59,819 bases of DNA, filler included, from 4 parts of 4 records of this genome joined end to end with filler, not necessarily neighbours in it; one strand, 5' to 3'; numbered from the whole stretch's first letter, positions 38,916 through 50,871 are shown. The notes: generated from the sequence alone by a model not told the origin. Program-made: numbers and translations.

Positions 38916-39715
38916 TGCTGACAGAGGCGCAGGTCGATCAGGCCGCGAGTGACCTGTTGCAGGCAGAGGCCGAGCAACGCCAGATCGGCCTGCTGTCCTT
39001 ACGACATCCGGGGATCACGCTGGACGATGCCTACGCGATCCAATCCGCCCAGATGGCCCGCAAGCTGACCCAGGGGCGTCGCATTATCGGCTGGAAAATT
39101 GGCCTGACCTCCAAGGTCATGCAGGACGCGCTTGGCATCGACACGCCCGATAGCGGCGTCATCTACGACGACATGGATTTCGCTGATGGAAGCACCGTGC
39201 CCGCCGGACGCTTCATCCAGCCAAGGATCGAGGCGGAGATTGCCTTTGTCCTGAAAGCGCCTCTCAAGGGGGCCGTCACCCGCGAACAGGTGCTGGCAGC
39301 GACCGACTATGTGGCCCCGGCGATCGAGATCCTCGATACCCGAATTCAACGCGCCGACCCGGTGACAGGCCAGCCCCGCAGGATCTTCGACACCGTCGCC
39401 GACAACGCCGCCAATGGCGGTATCGTTCTGGGCCAGCAGCGCCACGCGCCGGATGTGTTCGACCTTCGTTGGGTCGGCGCGATCCTGACGAAAAACGATC
39501 AGGTGGTGGCAACCGGGCTAGGCGCGGCGGTGCTGAACGATCCCGTCATGGGCATCGTCTGGCTGTCAGAACGCATGGGCCAATACGGCCAGTATCTGGA
39601 GGCGGGCCAAGTGGTTCTGGCAGGGTCTTTCGTGGCCCCGGTGGAATGCCCGCCGGGCACCAATATCCACGCGGATTACGGGCCGTTCGGGGCGGTATCC
39701 GTCTGCTTTGCCTAG
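38912..39715 (+). CDS. hpaH: 2-oxo-hept-4-ene-1,7-dioate hydratase
   Basis: DAYAIQ, GWKIGLTS, PRIEAEIAF, DTVADNAANGG. Confidence 0.9.
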   Translation: MMLTEAQVDQAASDLLQAEAEQRQIGLLSLRHPGITLDDAYAIQSAQMARKLTQGRRIIGWKIGLTSKVMQDALGIDTPDSGVIYDDMDFADGSTVPAGRFIQPRIEAEIAFVLKAPLKGAVTREQVLAATDYVAPAIEILDTRIQRADPVTGQPRRIFDTVADNAANGGIVLGQQRHAPDVFDLRWVGAILTKNDQVVATGLGAAVLNDPVMGIVWLSERMGQYGQYLEAGQVVLAGSFVAPVECPPGTNIHADYGPFGAVSVCFA

Positions 39716-40254
39716 AACGGCATCCCTGAAAACCGCGCCACAAGTTCCGCGATGTTGCGGGCGTCGAATTTCTTAAGCAGACGGGCGCGGTGCTGTTCGA
39801 CGGTGCGGTAAGACAGGTCCAGCTTGCGACCGATTTCCTTGGAGGTCAGGCCCTGCCCGGTCAGCATCGCCACCTCCCGTTCGCGGGGGGTCAGCTTCAC
39901 CACCGGCCGCGCCTCGGACAGGTCGGAAAAGGACCAGACGCCGCGCGCGAACGGATCTTCGGGCGTCAATGACCGGCCCCGTCCCCGGCACCAGAAGAGC
40001 TCCCCTGTCAGGCGCTGCATGATCCGTTCATCATCATAGGTGCCGCTTTCGCGCATCGCAGCCAGCCCGCGCGCGCCGATCCTTTGGTAGTCCTCGACCG
40101 ACGGGTAAAGCTGCGCCATGTCCATGCCTTCGAACCCGTCCACCGGCCCGGCAAAGATTTCGGCAAAGCGCAGGTTGGCGGCGCGGATCACCCGGTTTTC
40201 CAGCAGAACAAGGCCAAGCGGGGCATGGGTAAAGGCAAGGGCGTGCGGGTCCAT
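39712..40254 (-). CDS. PAS-LuxR transcriptional regulator
   Basis: PAS-like N-terminus; LTPREREVA..GLTSKEIG..LSYRTVEQHRARL HTH. Confidence 0.9.
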   Translation of the reverse strand: MDPHALAFTHAPLGLVLLENRVIRAANLRFAEIFAGPVDGFEGMDMAQLYPSVEDYQRIGARGLAAMRESGTYDDERIMQRLTGELFWCRGRGRSLTPEDPFARGVWSFSDLSEARPVVKLTPREREVAMLTGQGLTSKEIGRKLDLSYRTVEQHRARLLKKFDARNIAELVARFSGMPF

Positions 40255-40378
40255 GCCAATAGCTTTAGCGCGATTGCGCGGCTTTGGGGATACCTCGTGA
40301 TCGCCCCCGTAGTTCTACGGAATTGCCCGGTGCCACGCGCAGGCGCATCTTGCGGTCAGCATAAAGGGAGGAACAGCC

Positions 40379-40888
40379 ATGGTTCACATCGTTGGTTGGG
40401 GTCACACGAAATTCGGCAAGCTCGAAGGGCAGGGGGTCGAAGATCTTATCGTAGAAGCGGGGCGAGAGGCGCTGGCCCATGCGGGCATTGCAGCGCGCGA
40501 GGTGGATGGCATCTGGATGGGCCATTTTAACGGCGGCATGGTGCCCGATGGCTTCCCTGCCTCGATGGCCCTGTCGATTGACCCCGCGATGCGGTTTACC
40601 CCCGCGACCCGGCTGGAAAACGCCTGCGCGTCCGGTTCCGCCGCCGTCTTCGCTGCGCGCAATGCGATCATGGCGGGCGAGGCCAAGGTGGCTCTGGTCC
40701 TGGGCGTTGAAAAGATGACCCACCTGTCCACCCGCGACGTCGCCGCCGCGCTTGGTCATGCGGCCTATCAGAAGGAGGAGGCGGGCCTGTCCTTCCCTGC
40801 AGTCTTCGCAGGCTTCGCGCGGGCCTATTTCGACAAATACGGCGACAAGACCGAGGCGCTGGCGATGATCGCCGCCAAGAACCATGCC
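40379..40888 (+). CDS. Thiolase (acetyl-CoA acetyltransferase family), 3' truncated
   Basis: IVGWGHTKFG, RLENACASGSAA, GVEKMT, IAAKNH. Confidence 0.9.
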
Positions 40889-40988
40889 NNNNNNNNNNNN
40901 NNNNNNNNNNNNNNNNNNNNNNNNNNNNNNNNTTAATTAATTAANNNNNNNNNNNNNNNNNNNNNNNNNNNNNNNNNNNNNNNNNNNN
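40889..40988. other. Artificial contig spacer
   Basis: N44-TTAATTAATTAA-N44. Confidence 0.99.
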
Positions 40989-41259
40989 TCAATTCGATAT
41001 GGGCCACCGCATGCAGCATGGCGATGCGCCCGGCGGGGCTGCCGGGCTTGCGCTTTGGCACATCGCGCGGGTCCAGCAGCGCGGGCCTGGCGGGGCGTGC
41101 GGGGCGCAAAGGCGGGGTGGCTTGGCCCACGGCAATGGGGCTGCCCGCGGCGCGGGCGGCAAACCAGGCCTGGGCATGGCGCTGGGACAGCGCGGTTTTT
41201 TCGCGGCCATCGGCGGTGCACAGCACCTCGCAGGCCATTTGGGTTAATGTTTGCGCCAT
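40989..41259 (-). CDS. Ferritin-like DUF455 protein (3' truncated)
   Basis: PARPARPALL, GRIAMLHAVAHIEL. Confidence 0.88.
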
Positions 41260-41349
41260 GTGATTTCCGTGTTTGCCCCGTGTTTGCCCCATGTGTTTTC
41301 CGATCTTGGCCTTGCTGCCGCGCGGCTGGCCCAGCGGCTGCGCCCGCGT

Positions 41350-41811
41350 TTAAAGCGCTTTTACCGCCTCAAGCACCGCCTCGGCATGGCCGGCCACTTT
41401 GACCTTGGGCCAGATCTGGGCAATTTTGCCATCTGCGCCGATCAAAACCGTTGTCCGCTCGATCCCCATGTAGGTTTTGCCATACATCGATTTTTCTTTC
41501 CAAACGCCATAATCTTCGCAGGTGGTTGTGCCCTCGTCTGACAGCAGCGGCACGGTTAGCCCATGTTTGGCGCGGAACTTGTCGTGTTTTGCCACGCTGT
41601 CTTTCGAGATGCCAAAAACCTGCACGCCAAGCGCCTGAAACTGCGGGTAAAGTTCTGAAAACGCGATGCTTTCCTTGGTGCAGCCTGATGTATCGTCTTT
41701 GGGATAAAAGAACAAAACCACCGGCGCGCCGGCCAGCTGGGCCAGGCTGACGCTGCCGCCACCATCGCGCGGCAGGGTGAATTCGGGTGCAGTATCGTTT
41801 ACATTTGGCAT
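41350..41811 (-). CDS. bcp: Peroxiredoxin Bcp/PrxQ
   Basis: FFYPKDDTSGCT, YMGIERTT. Confidence 0.94.
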   Translation of the reverse strand: MPNVNDTAPEFTLPRDGGGSVSLAQLAGAPVVLFFYPKDDTSGCTKESIAFSELYPQFQALGVQVFGISKDSVAKHDKFRAKHGLTVPLLSDEGTTTCEDYGVWKEKSMYGKTYMGIERTTVLIGADGKIAQIWPKVKVAGHAEAVLEAVKAL

Positions 41812-41890
41812 TTACGGTTTCCCCTCGAATTGCAATCGTGCATTCCATATTAGGGCGGTCGGAACAAGAATAAAGGCATGGTGGCGCAAG

Positions 41891-44800
41891 GTGCAGCCCG
41901 AGCAAAACAGCCAAACCCCAAAGGCGCCGAAACCCCGGCGTAATGGCCCTGTGCGCGCGTGGGCGCTGCGGCTGTTGGGGGCGGTGTTGGCGGGCATGCT
42001 GGCCTTGGGGCTGGGGGTGATCGTGTGGCTGGGCCAGCGCGATGTGCCCGCCCCGGAATGGCTGCGCCTGCGGATCGAGGGCGCAATCAACGCCCAGGTT
42101 CAGGGCCAAAGCCTGCAATTTGGGCAGATGTTTCTGCATCTCGATCAGGGGTTTGCGCTGCAGCTGCGCCTGCAAGATCTGGGCGTGGCCGCCCCCGATG
42201 GCCACCCGCTGTTTTCGCTGGCAGATTTGACCGCCAGCCTGGATCTGGCCAGTTTGGCGCAGGGCAAGGTGCAGTTTCAGGCGCTGCAGCTGAATGGGGC
42301 TGCGGTGCGGGTGCGGCGTTTGGCCGATGGCGGGTTTGACCTGAGCCTGGGCACCGAAGGCGCGATGCTGCGCCAAAGCGCCACGCTGGCGCAGCTGATC
42401 CAAAGCATGGATGCGTTTTTGACCCGCCCGGCGCTGTTGGGTTTGGCCAGGGTCGATGCCCAGGGGCTAAGCCTGCAATTCGAAGACCTGCGCGTGGGGC
42501 GCACATGGCGGGTGGATGGGGCGCGGCTGCGCCTGGATCGGGTGGGCGATCAGCTAACCCTGTCGGGCGATATGGCGGTGCTGGGCGAGGGGGCAGGCGT
42601 GGCGCTGCTGGCTGCGCAATACCGCGGCCGCATTGGGCAGGTGGCATCGGATTTCGGGGTGAATTTCGAAGAATTTCGCGCCCGTGATCTGGCGGTTCAA
42701 TCCCCCGCCTTGGCCTGGCTTGACGCGCTGCGCGCGCCAATTTCGGGGGCGATGCGCGGCTCGGTCGCCGAAGATGGTGCCTTGGGCCCGCTCAGCGCCA
42801 CGCTGTCTATTGGCGCGGGGGCCTTGCAGCCCACTGATGCGGCGCGCCCTGTGCCCTTTACCGCGGCGCGCGCCTATCTGACCGTCTCGCCCGCCCAGCA
42901 AACCATTCGCTTTGACGAGCTGATGTTTGACAGCAAATGGATCAGCATGCGCGCAGATGGCATGGCGCAGATGCATGGGCTGGAAAACGGGCTGCCCCAG
43001 GCCTTTACCGGCCAATTCACCTTGTCCGAGTTTCGCGCCAACCCGGCCGATGTATACCCCGCCCCGATCAGTTTCGAGGCCGCCGATGCCGATCTGCATC
43101 TGCAACTTTCCCCGTTCAACCTGCGCATCGGGCGCATGACGGTGCAAGATCAGGGGCAAATGCTGCAGCTGTCTGGCCATGTCAGCGCCGATAGCCGTGG
43201 CTGGGCCTTTGGCCTGGGCGCGCAGATGCCCCAAATCGCCCGCGCGCGCGTGTTGCAATTGTGGCCTGAACGCGCCGCGCCCCGCACCCGGGCTTGGGTG
43301 GCCGAAAACGTGCATCAGGCGCAGTTGAAAGACATCGAATTTGCCCTGCGCAAAAGCCCCGACAGCGCGGCAGAGCCCTATCTGGCCTTTGGTTTTGATC
43401 AGGCCGAATTAAGCGTGATCCGCGATTTCCCGCGCCTGCACGGGGTTAGCGGCACGCTTGAGCTGCTCAACGATCGGTTGTTGATCTCCGCCAGCCAAGG
43501 CCAGGTGCGCGCCGAAGGGGCGGGGTGGGTTGATATTGCCGGCACCACATTCGAGGTGCCCAACACCCGCCAAACCGTGCCGCAGGCGCGGGTGGGGCTG
43601 GCCACGGCGGCGGCTTTGGGGGATGCGCTGCATCTGCTCGATGCACGGCCCTTTCAGTTTTTGCAAAAGGCGGGCCTGTCACCCGATCTGGCCACGGGCC
43701 AGCTGCGCCTGGGTGGCACGATAGATCTGCGGCTGCAAAAGAACCTGCCGGCCGAAGATATCGTGCTATCGCTGCAGGGGGTGGCGCGCGATATGCGCTC
43801 GGATGTTTTGGTGCCGGGGCTGGTGGTGCAGGCGCCGCAGCTGCAGATCGATCTGCAAGATCGCCAGCTGGCAATTTCCGGGCCAGGGCAGGTGGGGGCG
43901 GTGGCGGTCACAGCGCTATGGCGCAGCCCCATTGGCCCCGGCGCCCGCGGCAGCACGCTGAGCGGGCAAATCACCCTTGGGCCCGAGTTTGCCGATACCT
44001 TTCGCATAGGCCTGCCCCCCGGGGCGATCAGCGGATCCGCGCAGGCCGATATGAGCGTAAATTTCACACGCGGCCAACCGCCCAGTTTCGTGCTGTCCTC
44101 GCAGCTGCAGGGCTTGGGGCTGTCGGTGCCGCAACTGGGCTGGGAATTGCGGCCCGCGCAAACCGGCGCGCTTGAGGTGCAAGGCGAATTGGGCGCGCCG
44201 GTCAAGATTAACCGGCTGTCGCTGCAGGCCGCCGGGCTGCTGGCACAGGGGGCTGTGCAGCTGACCCCCGAGGGCCAGCTTGACCGCGCCAGTTTTTCCC
44301 AGTTTGCTGTGGATGATTGGTTAAAGGGAGCATTGGTGCTTAGCGGCCGCGGGGCGGGCCAGGCCCCGGCGATTGCGCTGTCAGATGGGCGCATCGATAT
44401 GCGCAAGGCCAATTTTGCGGGCAGTGATGGCCAATCGGGGCCGCTGACCCTGTCGCTTGATCGTTTGCAGCTGACCGATGATATCGCCTTTAATGCCTTT
44501 GAAGGCGCCTTTGAGGCGGGCAAGGGTCTGGACGGGCAATTCACCGCGCGGGTGAATGGCGCCACCGCCGTGCAAGGGCGCGTGGTGCCGCGTGATGGCC
44601 GGGTTGCGGTGCGCATCCGCTCGCGCAATGCCGGGGGGGTGCTGTTATCGGCGGGGCTGTTGCAATCGGCACGCGAGGGCGATCTGGATTTAACCTTGCT
44701 GCCCACCGCGGCCCCCGGCCACTATCAAGGCACGTTGCGCATCACCGATATCTGGCTGCGCGAGGCCCCGATCTTTAGCGCGCTGCTGAATGCGGTCAGC

Positions 44801-45175
44801 GTGGTGGGGCTGGTCGAACAGCTGCGCGGCACGGGCGTGCTGTTTTCCGAGGTGGATGGCCGGTTTCGCCTAAGCCCCGATCAGATCATCGTGGATGATT
44901 TCAGTGCAACCGGTGCCTCGGTGGGCATCTCTATGCAGGGCAGCTATGGGGTGAAGAGTAGGCAGATGGATCTCAGCGGTGTGTTCTCGCCGGTCTATGT
45001 GCTAAACGGCTTGGGCTCGGTTCTGACGCGCAAGGGCGAGGGCTTGCTTGGGTTCAATTATACCCTTACGGGGGAACCGGGCCAGCCGCGCGTGCAGGTG
45101 AACCCGCTGTCGATCTTTACCCCCGGTATGTTTCGCGATATTTTCCGCCGCCCCCCGCCTGAGCAAAACCAATAG
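41891..45175 (+). CDS. AsmA-like/YhdP family (DUF3971) protein; start uncertain
   Basis: N-terminal TM, C-terminal [28 protein letters not shown]. Confidence 0.87.
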   Translation: MQPEQNSQTPKAPKPRRNGPVRAWALRLLGAVLAGMLALGLGVIVWLGQRDVPAPEWLRLRIEGAINAQVQGQSLQFGQMFLHLDQGFALQLRLQDLGVAAPDGHPLFSLADLTASLDLASLAQGKVQFQALQLNGAAVRVRRLADGGFDLSLGTEGAMLRQSATLAQLIQSMDAFLTRPALLGLARVDAQGLSLQFEDLRVGRTWRVDGARLRLDRVGDQLTLSGDMAVLGEGAGVALLAAQYRGRIGQVASDFGVNFEEFRARDLAVQSPALAWLDALRAPISGAMRGSVAEDGALGPLSATLSIGAGALQPTDAARPVPFTAARAYLTVSPAQQTIRFDELMFDSKWISMRADGMAQMHGLENGLPQAFTGQFTLSEFRANPADVYPAPISFEAADADLHLQLSPFNLRIGRMTVQDQGQMLQLSGHVSADSRGWAFGLGAQMPQIARARVLQLWPERAAPRTRAWVAENVHQAQLKDIEFALRKSPDSAAEPYLAFGFDQAELSVIRDFPRLHGVSGTLELLNDRLLISASQGQVRAEGAGWVDIAGTTFEVPNTRQTVPQARVGLATAAALGDALHLLDARPFQFLQKAGLSPDLATGQLRLGGTIDLRLQKNLPAEDIVLSLQGVARDMRSDVLVPGLVVQAPQLQIDLQDRQLAISGPGQVGAVAVTALWRSPIGPGARGSTLSGQITLGPEFADTFRIGLPPGAISGSAQADMSVNFTRGQPPSFVLSSQLQGLGLSVPQLGWELRPAQTGALEVQGELGAPVKINRLSLQAAGLLAQGAVQLTPEGQLDRASFSQFAVDDWLKGALVLSGRGAGQAPAIALSDGRIDMRKANFAGSDGQSGPLTLSLDRLQLTDDIAFNAFEGAFEAGKGLDGQFTARVNGATAVQGRVVPRDGRVAVRIRSRNAGGVLLSAGLLQSAREGDLDLTLLPTAAPGHYQGTLRITDIWLREAPIFSALLNAVSVVGLVEQLRGTGVLFSEVDGRFRLSPDQIIVDDFSATGASVGISMQGSYGVKSRQMDLSGVFSPVYVLNGLGSVLTRKGEGLLGFNYTLTGEPGQPRVQVNPLSIFTPGMFRDIFRRPPPEQNQ

Positions 45176-45236
45176 GGCCCTATTGGGGCCGCAACCGATA
45201 AAGATAACCCACTCAAGATACCCCACAAGGCCGCAT

Positions 45237-46286
45237 ATGAAGCTGACCGATTTTGACTTTGATTTGCCAGAAGATTTGATTGCCACCCGCCCTGCCAAGC
45301 CGCGCTCGTCTGCGCGGCTCTTGGTCAGCGATGGGGCGGGGCTGCATGATGGGCATGTGTTTGACCTGCCGCAATGGCTGCGCCCGGGCGACCGGCTGGT
45401 TTTGAACAACACCAAGGTCATTCCCGCCCGGCTCAGCGGCGTGCGGCGGCGGCAGTCGGCCCAGGGGGCGGTCGAGGCGCGTATCGAGGTGACCTTGCTG
45501 GAACCGCGCGCCGATGGGTGCTGGTCGGCCTTGGTCAAGCCCTTGCGCAAATTGGCCGATGGTGAAGAGGTGGTCTTTTCCAACCAGCTTTCTGCCACCT
45601 GCGAGGGGCGCGCCGAGGGCCAGGCGGCGCTGCGGTTTAACCTGACAGGCGATGATTTCGACGCGGCATTGGCCCAAGTTGGGGCCATGCCGCTGCCCCC
45701 CTATATCGCGGCCAAACGGGCGGCGGATGCGCAAGACAAAGACGATTATCAAACCGTTTGGGCGAAAACCCCGGGCGCTGTTGCGGCGCCAACCGCCTCG
45801 CTGCATTTTGATGCGCCGCTGTTGCAGGCCCTGGCGGCGCGGGGGGTGGATATAACCTATGTTACCTTGCACGTCGGGGCGGGCACGTTTTTGCCGGTGA
45901 AGGTAGAGGATGTGACCACCCATAAGATGCATGCCGAATGGGGCGAGGTCAGCGCCACTGCTGCGGCAGAAATAGCCGCAACCAAGGCCGCCGGTGGCCG
46001 GGTTATTCCGGTGGGCACCACCGCGCTGCGCCTGATCGAGACGGCCGCGGCGCAAACCGGTGCCATTCAGCCCTGGCAAGGCGATACCGATATCTTTATC
46101 TACCCCGGTTTTACCTTTCGTGTGACCGATGCCTTGATGACCAATTTCCACCTGCCCAAATCCACCTTGATGATGCTGGTTTCGGCCCTGGTGGGCCAAG
46201 AGCGTATTCGCCAAATCTATGCCCATGCAGTGCAGCAGCGATACCGGTTCTTCTCTTACGGGGATGCCTCGCTTTTGGTGCCCTAG
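45237..46286 (+). CDS. queA: S-adenosylmethionine:tRNA ribosyltransferase-isomerase
   Basis: [48 protein letters not shown]. Confidence 0.97.
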   Translation: MKLTDFDFDLPEDLIATRPAKPRSSARLLVSDGAGLHDGHVFDLPQWLRPGDRLVLNNTKVIPARLSGVRRRQSAQGAVEARIEVTLLEPRADGCWSALVKPLRKLADGEEVVFSNQLSATCEGRAEGQAALRFNLTGDDFDAALAQVGAMPLPPYIAAKRAADAQDKDDYQTVWAKTPGAVAAPTASLHFDAPLLQALAARGVDITYVTLHVGAGTFLPVKVEDVTTHKMHAEWGEVSATAAAEIAATKAAGGRVIPVGTTALRLIETAAAQTGAIQPWQGDTDIFIYPGFTFRVTDALMTNFHLPKSTLMMLVSALVGQERIRQIYAHAVQQRYRFFSYGDASLLVP

Positions 46287-46471
46287 GCCGGGGTTTCGGG
46301 CTGCTGTGGCAAGAATAGGCCGGTTTTGTCCCCCATGGGGCGGGGAGGGTCGTTTTTTGCGCAGAATTTTGGCATGCTTGCCCGATAGAGCAGCCAAAAG
46401 GCGCTGGGCCATTTGGCCCATCTCACCCCCAGGCCGCCCTTGATGCGGGGCGCAAATTTAGAAAGACATTC

Positions 46472-47779
46472 ATGTTTAGGGTTTTATCAAACACTTGGGC
46501 CTTGCTGTTGGGCATGACGCTGCTGATGCTGGGCAACGGCTTGCAGGGCTCGCTTTTGGGGGTGCGGGGGCAGGCGGCTGGGTTTTCCACGCTGGAATTG
46601 TCGGTTGTGATGTCGGCCTATTTTGTGGGCTTTCTGGGGGGCTCGCGGCTGACGCCTGAATTGATCCGCCGGGTGGGGCATGTGCGGGTGTTTGCGGCGC
46701 TGGGCAGCCTGATATCGGCGGTGTTGATTTTGTACCCCGCCTTTGCGCATCCCTATATCTGGGTGCTGGGGCGGCTGGTGATCGGGTTTTGTTTTTCGGG
46801 CGTCTATGTGACGGCGGAAAGCTGGTTGAACAATTCTGTCACCAACGACCAGCGCGGGCAGGCTTTGTCGCTGTATATGATCGTGCAGATGCTGGGCATT
46901 ATCGCGGCGCAAGCCTTGCTGAACGTGCCCGATGCCAGCGGGTTTTTGTTGTTTATCATTCCGTCAGTTCTGGTGTCGGTGTCATTTGCGCCGATCTTGT
47001 TGTCGATCTCGCCCACCCCGGCCTTTGAGGCGACCAAGCCCAAAACCCTGCGGGCGTTATTTGGGGTTTCGCCCTTGGGGTTTGTGGGGATGTTCATGTT
47101 GGGCAGCGTCTTTGCCGCGCAATTTGGCATGTCGGCGGTGTTTGGCGCCGAAGCGGGGCTAAGCCTGGCCGAAATTTCGATATTTGTGTCGGCCTTTTAC
47201 GTGGGCGCGCTGGTGTTGCAATATCCGCTGGGCTGGCTGTCTGACCGCATGGATCGGCGGGTGCTGATTATGATCACGTCCGCGCTGGGCGGTGGGGCGG
47301 CGCTGCTGGCCTTTGGGTTTGGGCAGAATTACACCATTTTGCTGGTTGCGGCGTTTTTCATCGGGGGCACATCGAACCCGCTTTATTCACTGCTGATCGC
47401 CCATACCAACGATTTTCTGGATACCGATGACATGGCCGCCGCATCGGGTGGGATGCTGTTTATCAACGGTCTGGGCGCCATCGCCGGCCCGATGGTGACG
47501 GGGTGGTTGATGAGCGTGCTGGGCGCATATGGGTTTTTCTTGATCATCGCCGTGATGATGAGCGTGCTGGCCGTTTATGCGGCCTACCGGATGACACAGC
47601 GCGCAGCCCCCAATGTTGATGAAGCAGCAGCCGTTACGCCGATGATGCCAACCGCCTCGGTTGTGGCGATGGAGGTGGCGCAGGAATATACCGCCGAGGT
47701 GGCCGAAGAAGCGGCCGCCGAGGCCGAAGCTGCGGCCGAGGCAGATGCCAAAGAGGTGCACAATGGCGCTGCCCGGTAA
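46472..47779 (+). CDS. MFS transporter (YcaD-like)
   Basis: About 12 TM segments, RVGHVRVFA, ESWLN, LSDRMDRR. Confidence 0.92.
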   Translation: MFRVLSNTWALLLGMTLLMLGNGLQGSLLGVRGQAAGFSTLELSVVMSAYFVGFLGGSRLTPELIRRVGHVRVFAALGSLISAVLILYPAFAHPYIWVLGRLVIGFCFSGVYVTAESWLNNSVTNDQRGQALSLYMIVQMLGIIAAQALLNVPDASGFLLFIIPSVLVSVSFAPILLSISPTPAFEATKPKTLRALFGVSPLGFVGMFMLGSVFAAQFGMSAVFGAEAGLSLAEISIFVSAFYVGALVLQYPLGWLSDRMDRRVLIMITSALGGGAALLAFGFGQNYTILLVAAFFIGGTSNPLYSLLIAHTNDFLDTDDMAAASGGMLFINGLGAIAGPMVTGWLMSVLGAYGFFLIIAVMMSVLAVYAAYRMTQRAAPNVDEAAAVTPMMPTASVVAMEVAQEYTAEVAEEAAAEAEAAAEADAKEVHNGAAR

Positions 47780-47879
47780 CAAAATGACGCATTTGTAGGA
47801 AAATTTGACTGTTTATTTCTCTAAAAACTTTGTAACGGTCAGATAACAGCGCAGTCGCGCGCAATGGCAGGAGGCTGGC

Positions 47880-48458
47880 ATGGTCGCCGTAGACAAAGTT
47901 TTGGGCTTTTGGCTAGACGAGGTGGGCCAGCAGGGCTGGTATAACAGCACCGAGGCGCTGGACCAAACCGTGCGCGACCAGTTTCAGACCGCGTGGGAAA
48001 ACGCCTGCGAAGGGGCCTATGGCCTGTGGCTGACCCATCCAAACGGCGTGCTGGCCTATATCATTCTAACCGACCAATTCCCGCGCAACATGTTTCGCGA
48101 CGATCCGCGCAGCTTTGCCACAGATGCTGTGGCGCTGGCAGCAGCCAAATCTGCGATTGACCGAAAGTGGGATTTGCGCGTGGACGAGCCGGCACGGCAG
48201 TTTTTCTATCTGCCGCTGATGCATTCGGAAAACCTGTGCGATCAAGAGCGCTGCGTGCGGTTGATGCTGGAACGCATGCCCCAAACCGGGGCCAGCAACC
48301 TGTTTCATGCCAAAGCGCATCGCGAGGTGATCCGCCAATTTGGTCGCTTCCCCTATCGCAATGCCGCGCTGAGCCGGTCTAGCACCGGGGCCGAACAGGC
48401 CTATTTGGCGGCAGGTGGCTATGGCCAAACCATACGCCGCCTGCAAGAAGCCGCCTAA
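47880..48458 (+). CDS. DUF924 family protein
   Basis: DQFPRNMFR, FFYLPLMHSE, FGRFPYRN. Confidence 0.92.
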   Translation: MVAVDKVLGFWLDEVGQQGWYNSTEALDQTVRDQFQTAWENACEGAYGLWLTHPNGVLAYIILTDQFPRNMFRDDPRSFATDAVALAAAKSAIDRKWDLRVDEPARQFFYLPLMHSENLCDQERCVRLMLERMPQTGASNLFHAKAHREVIRQFGRFPYRNAALSRSSTGAEQAYLAAGGYGQTIRRLQEAA

Positions 48459-48551
48459 CCAGCTGAATAGCCATGCAAATGCTGTTGCTGCTGCCATGCG
48501 ATGGTGGTGGGCATTTGTCTGTTGGCTGAATTCTTGCACCGCGATCAGAAA

Positions 48552-48569
48552 TAGTTTAATACTGAACTA
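48552..48569. promoter_or_regulatory. Palindromic operator candidate upstream of lpdA
   Basis: tagtttaatactgaacta, 14/18 self-complementary. Confidence 0.45.
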
Positions 48570-48589
48570 AATATTGATCGGAGGGTGCA

Positions 48590-49660
48590 ATGGCTGCCAA
48601 ATCGTTTGACGTGGTTATTATCGGGGCAGGGCCGGGGGGCTATGTGGCCGCCATCCGCGCCGCGCAAAACGGTTTATCGGTGGCGATTGTCGAGCGCGAA
48701 CATTTGGGTGGCATTTGCCTGAACTGGGGCTGTATTCCCACCAAGGCGATGCTGCGCTCGTCCGAGGTGTTTCACCTGATGCACCGGGCCAAGGAATTTG
48801 GCCTGTCGGCCCAAGGCATCAGCTATGATCTGGATGCTGTGGTCAAACGCTCGCGCGCGGTGGCCAAGCAGCTGAACGGCGGGGTGGGCCACCTGCTGAA
48901 GAAAAACAAGGTCAGCGTCATCATGGGGGCCGCCCAGCTGCAGGGGCCGGGCAAGGTGCAGGTGAGCACCGACAAAGGCACAGAACAGCTGCACGCCCCC
49001 CATATCATTCTGGCCACCGGCGCGCGCGCCCGCGAATTGCCCGGGCTAGAGGCCGATGGCGATTTGGTCTGGACGTATAAGCACGCGCTGACCCCGCCGC
49101 GCATGCCCAAAAAGCTGCTGGTCATCGGGTCGGGGGCGATTGGCATAGAATTCGCAAGTTTTTACAATACCTTGGGCGCGGAAACCACAGTGGTCGAGGT
49201 GATGGATCGTATCCTGCCGGTGGAAGATGCCGAAATCAGCGCCTTTGCGAAAAAGCAGTTTCAAAAGCAGGGCATGACGATTTTGGAAAAATCTGGTGTC
49301 AAACAGCTGGATCGCGCCAAGGGCGTTGTCACCGCCCATATCGAGGTGAACGGCAAGATCGAACAGCACCAGTTTGACACGGTGATTTCCGCCGTGGGCA
49401 TCGTTGGCAATGTCGAGGGCCTGGGGCTAGAGGCCCTGGGCGTGCAGGTGGATCGCACCCATGTGGTAACAGATGATCATTGCCGCACCGCGGTGCCGGG
49501 GCTTTATGCCATTGGCGATGTGGCGGGGGCGCCATGGCTGGCCCATAAAGCCAGCCACGAAGGGGTGATGGTGGCCGATATGATCGCAGGCAAGCCGGTG
49601 CATCCGATCAAGCCGGGCAGCATTGCCGGCTGCACCTATTGCCACCCGCAAGTGGCCAGC
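48590..49660 (+). CDS. lpdA: Dihydrolipoyl dehydrogenase (3' truncated)
   Basis: GAGPGGYVAAIR, GGICLNWGCIPTK, GSGAIG, LAHKASHEG. Confidence 0.96.
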
Positions 49661-49760
49661 NNNNNNNNNNNNNNNNNNNNNNNNNNNNNNNNNNNNNNNN
49701 NNNNTTAATTAATTAANNNNNNNNNNNNNNNNNNNNNNNNNNNNNNNNNNNNNNNNNNNN
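49661..49760. other. Artificial contig spacer
   Basis: N44-TTAATTAATTAA-N44. Confidence 0.99.
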
Positions 49761-50822
49761 GTAGGAAATGCCCTGGCTGCCGACTTCCTCATAAGCTTCC
49801 TTGTGGTCGGCAACATTGTAGATGAACACCTCGTGCTCCTTGCCGTCCTTGGTGCCTTTCACGAAATCACCGATGCAGGTCTTGCCGGTGTATTCAGGCG
49901 CCAGCGAAGACGGATCCGGCAGACACGCCTTGACCACCTTCAGCGGTACGACTTCCAGTCCTTCCGCCGTCTTGACCGGTTGCTCGGACAGGAGGCCGAT
50001 GTTCTTCAGAACGGTGAAGACGTTGATGTAGTGCTCGCCGAAGCCCATCCAGAACCGGACGTCCGCACCGTCCATGTTCTTTGCCAGGGAATGCACTTCG
50101 TCGTGGCCGCACAGATAGGCCATGCGCTTGCCGACCACCGGCAGGTCATATTCCTTGCCGATCTCGAACATCTTGTTTTCCTGCCACTTGCCCTGCTGCC
50201 AGGAATAGACCGTGCCGGTGAACTCCCGGAAGTTGATCTCCGGATCAAAGTTTGTGGCGAAATAGCGCTGGTGGCTGCCGGCGTTGATGTCAACGATATC
50301 GACCTCGGTCACCTTGTCGAGATAGTCGTCCTTGGCAAGGCGGGCATAGGCGTTGACGACGCCCGGGTCGAAACCGGCGCCCAGAATGGCGGTGACGCCC
50401 TTGGCGGCGCATTCCTCGGCCCGTTTCCATTCGTAGTTGCCATACCAGGGCGGGGTCTCGCAGATCTTGCCCGGCTCTTCGTGAATGGCCGTGTCGATAT
50501 AGGCCGCTCCCGTCTCCAGACAGGCACTGAGGACGGACATGTTCAGGAAGGCGGTACCGACATTGATGACGATCTGCGCACCGGTTTTGCGGATCAGCGC
50601 GCTGGTGGCGGCAATGTCCAGAGCGTTGAGTTCGTGTCCTTCCAGAACACCCGGCTGCTTCAGCGCCTTCTTGGCATGCACGGTTGCGATGATGTCGTCG
50701 CATTTGGATTTGGTGCGCGAGGCGATATGTATATCGCCGAGAACATCATTGTTCTGAGCGCACTTATGCGCCACCACCTGAGCGACACCTCCGGCGCCGA
50801 TGATGAGAACAGTCTTTTTCAT
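49761..50822 (-). CDS. Carboxy(nor)spermidine dehydrogenase (saccharopine dehydrogenase family), 3' truncated
   Basis: IGAGGVAQVVAHKCAQ, YIDTA, GFDPG, FATNFDPEINFRE; downstream of nspC. Confidence 0.92.
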
Positions 50823-50871
50823 TTGATAAAGATACCTTCCTTGGACCTTGGGGGTGTTCGGGGTTCAAGTC

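Noticed and set aside
41268..41300. Short tandem gtgtttgcccc repeat upstream of DUF455
   Set aside because: Only 2-3 degenerate 11-nt units with no spacers; not a CRISPR array or iteron.
47680..47779. Ala/Glu-rich repeat tail of the MFS protein
   Set aside because: Low-complexity C-terminal tail; no evidence of a separate function.
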